A stretch of 64,000 bases of DNA from Phyllobates terribilis (lineage: Eukaryota): positions 41,788,001-41,852,000 of the forward strand of contig NW_027362767.1 of NCBI RefSeq assembly GCF_046119375.1. The letters run 5' to 3'. The position numbers and the translations under genes were made by a program. The notes under the pieces are model-generated. The model was given only the letters and a program-made list of their open reading frames with translations, did not search any database and was not told where the DNA came from. Positions 62,961-64,000 of this stretch are shown in pieces. Within the stretch, counting starts at the first letter, position 1. Each line of letters opens with the position of its first letter.

Positions 62961-64000
62961 ATTTGTGCATTTTTTTTGCTACTAAGATATAAAAACTCTT
63001 ATGCGTTTGGTATTTTATGTTGTAAAAATAAACCCCCCCCAAAAAACAATGGGGGAATTACATTATTTTTACATCATTTTACCACAATTGTAATTTCCTT
63101 CCAGTTTTTCAGGACACTACATGGTAAAGTGAATGGCGTCCTTCAAAAAGTACAACTCATCCCATAAAAAAATGAAATCCAAAAAGGTGAAAATTGACCT
63201 GTCATGACAGCGGATAAAATACACTCTGAATGTGAAAAAAAAACAAATTAATTTTGCCATTACCGTAGAACGCTGTTGTTTTTTTTCACATGAATAACAA
63301 ATCAAAGATGCTACGTGTGAACAAGCCTTTACTTTGGCAGCTACTTGTGATTAAATCTTTTTTTGTGAGAAAATCTAAAATTTTAATTTAGGCAAATCGG
63401 GCCTTTATTTTGTTTCCATGGGGGGAGGCGCAGGTGCAGGGACATATTGATTAGACAGGTGTTTTGGAGCAGGGCGGAAAATTAAATTAAATTTCTGAAC
63501 CCGTGAGAGGACGCCCACCCCTCTGGTAAGGTTTCAAAAATAATAAGTTATAAAGCGACGCTGAGCAAATCTTAGGTAAGGAGTGAGGGACACAGAGGTG
63601 ACGATGACGCATTTCAGACCGGCACAAATATTCTTTCCGTGAAAGATGTTTCTAACCAAAAATATATATATATTTATTTTGTTTTTTGTAATAAATAATT
63701 TTTTTATTTTATTTGTTCGTTTTTTTTTGCTATTTTTTATAGTTTGTGGTATATACACAATAAATATTGAAAAAAAATTACAAATAAATGCAGTTACATT
63801 AAATGTGTGTTCATTTTTTAATTTCTTTATTTTAATGGCTGTAAATTGGGATTTTGCCCATTTTTCTATACTTTTTTTTTAGATAAGTTGTGGTTGAACG
63901 TTACATTTTGAATCTTTAAAAATAAATTTAATTGATGTCATTTATTTGAGTAAAACCAGGTTTAATTAAACTGTTGGAAAAATTGAAGCGCGAGGGAATA

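Noticed and set aside
63420-63640. Possible promoter or first exons of a further gene
   Set aside because: Donor-like GTAAGG sites and a CRE-like motif are present, but there is no ORF or homology and the region is flanked by repeat-like AT-rich sequence.

Overview
Vertebrate genomic DNA, most likely a neobatrachian frog (inferred from the repeat landscape and Tc1/MITE/sushi families; not proven). N gaps lie at 28-227 and 62831-62960. Four protein-coding genes were reconstructed by hand from splice sites and remembered vertebrate orthologues: the first coding exon of WDR25 (-); a complete 10-coding-exon WARS1 (+, 473 aa, head-to-head with WDR25, one GC-AG intron); a complete 15-exon CYP46A1-like P450 (-, 499 aa); and a complete 7-exon PKDCC/VLK-like secreted kinase (+, 454 aa). 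The rest is minisatellite arrays and transposable elements (two defective Tc1 copies, hAT/Harbinger/T2 MITEs, an L1 3' fragment, solo LTRs, a decayed sushi-type chromovirus). Four structures stand out. (1) A very young LTR element (41341-46541, TSD CCAGG) encodes no pol but has an intact 691-aa ORF: gag capsid N-domain fused to acidic 57-aa repeats, reading into the 3' LTR, with a self-priming-type PBS. (2) A 522-bp insertion with a 17-bp TSD in WARS1 has a 330-bp fold-back that carries a hammerhead-ribozyme-like core at its apex. (3) A second long-TSD insertion contains a 212-bp spacer-less palindrome. (4) A 28-bp micro-inversion flips the Tc1 transposase start codon.
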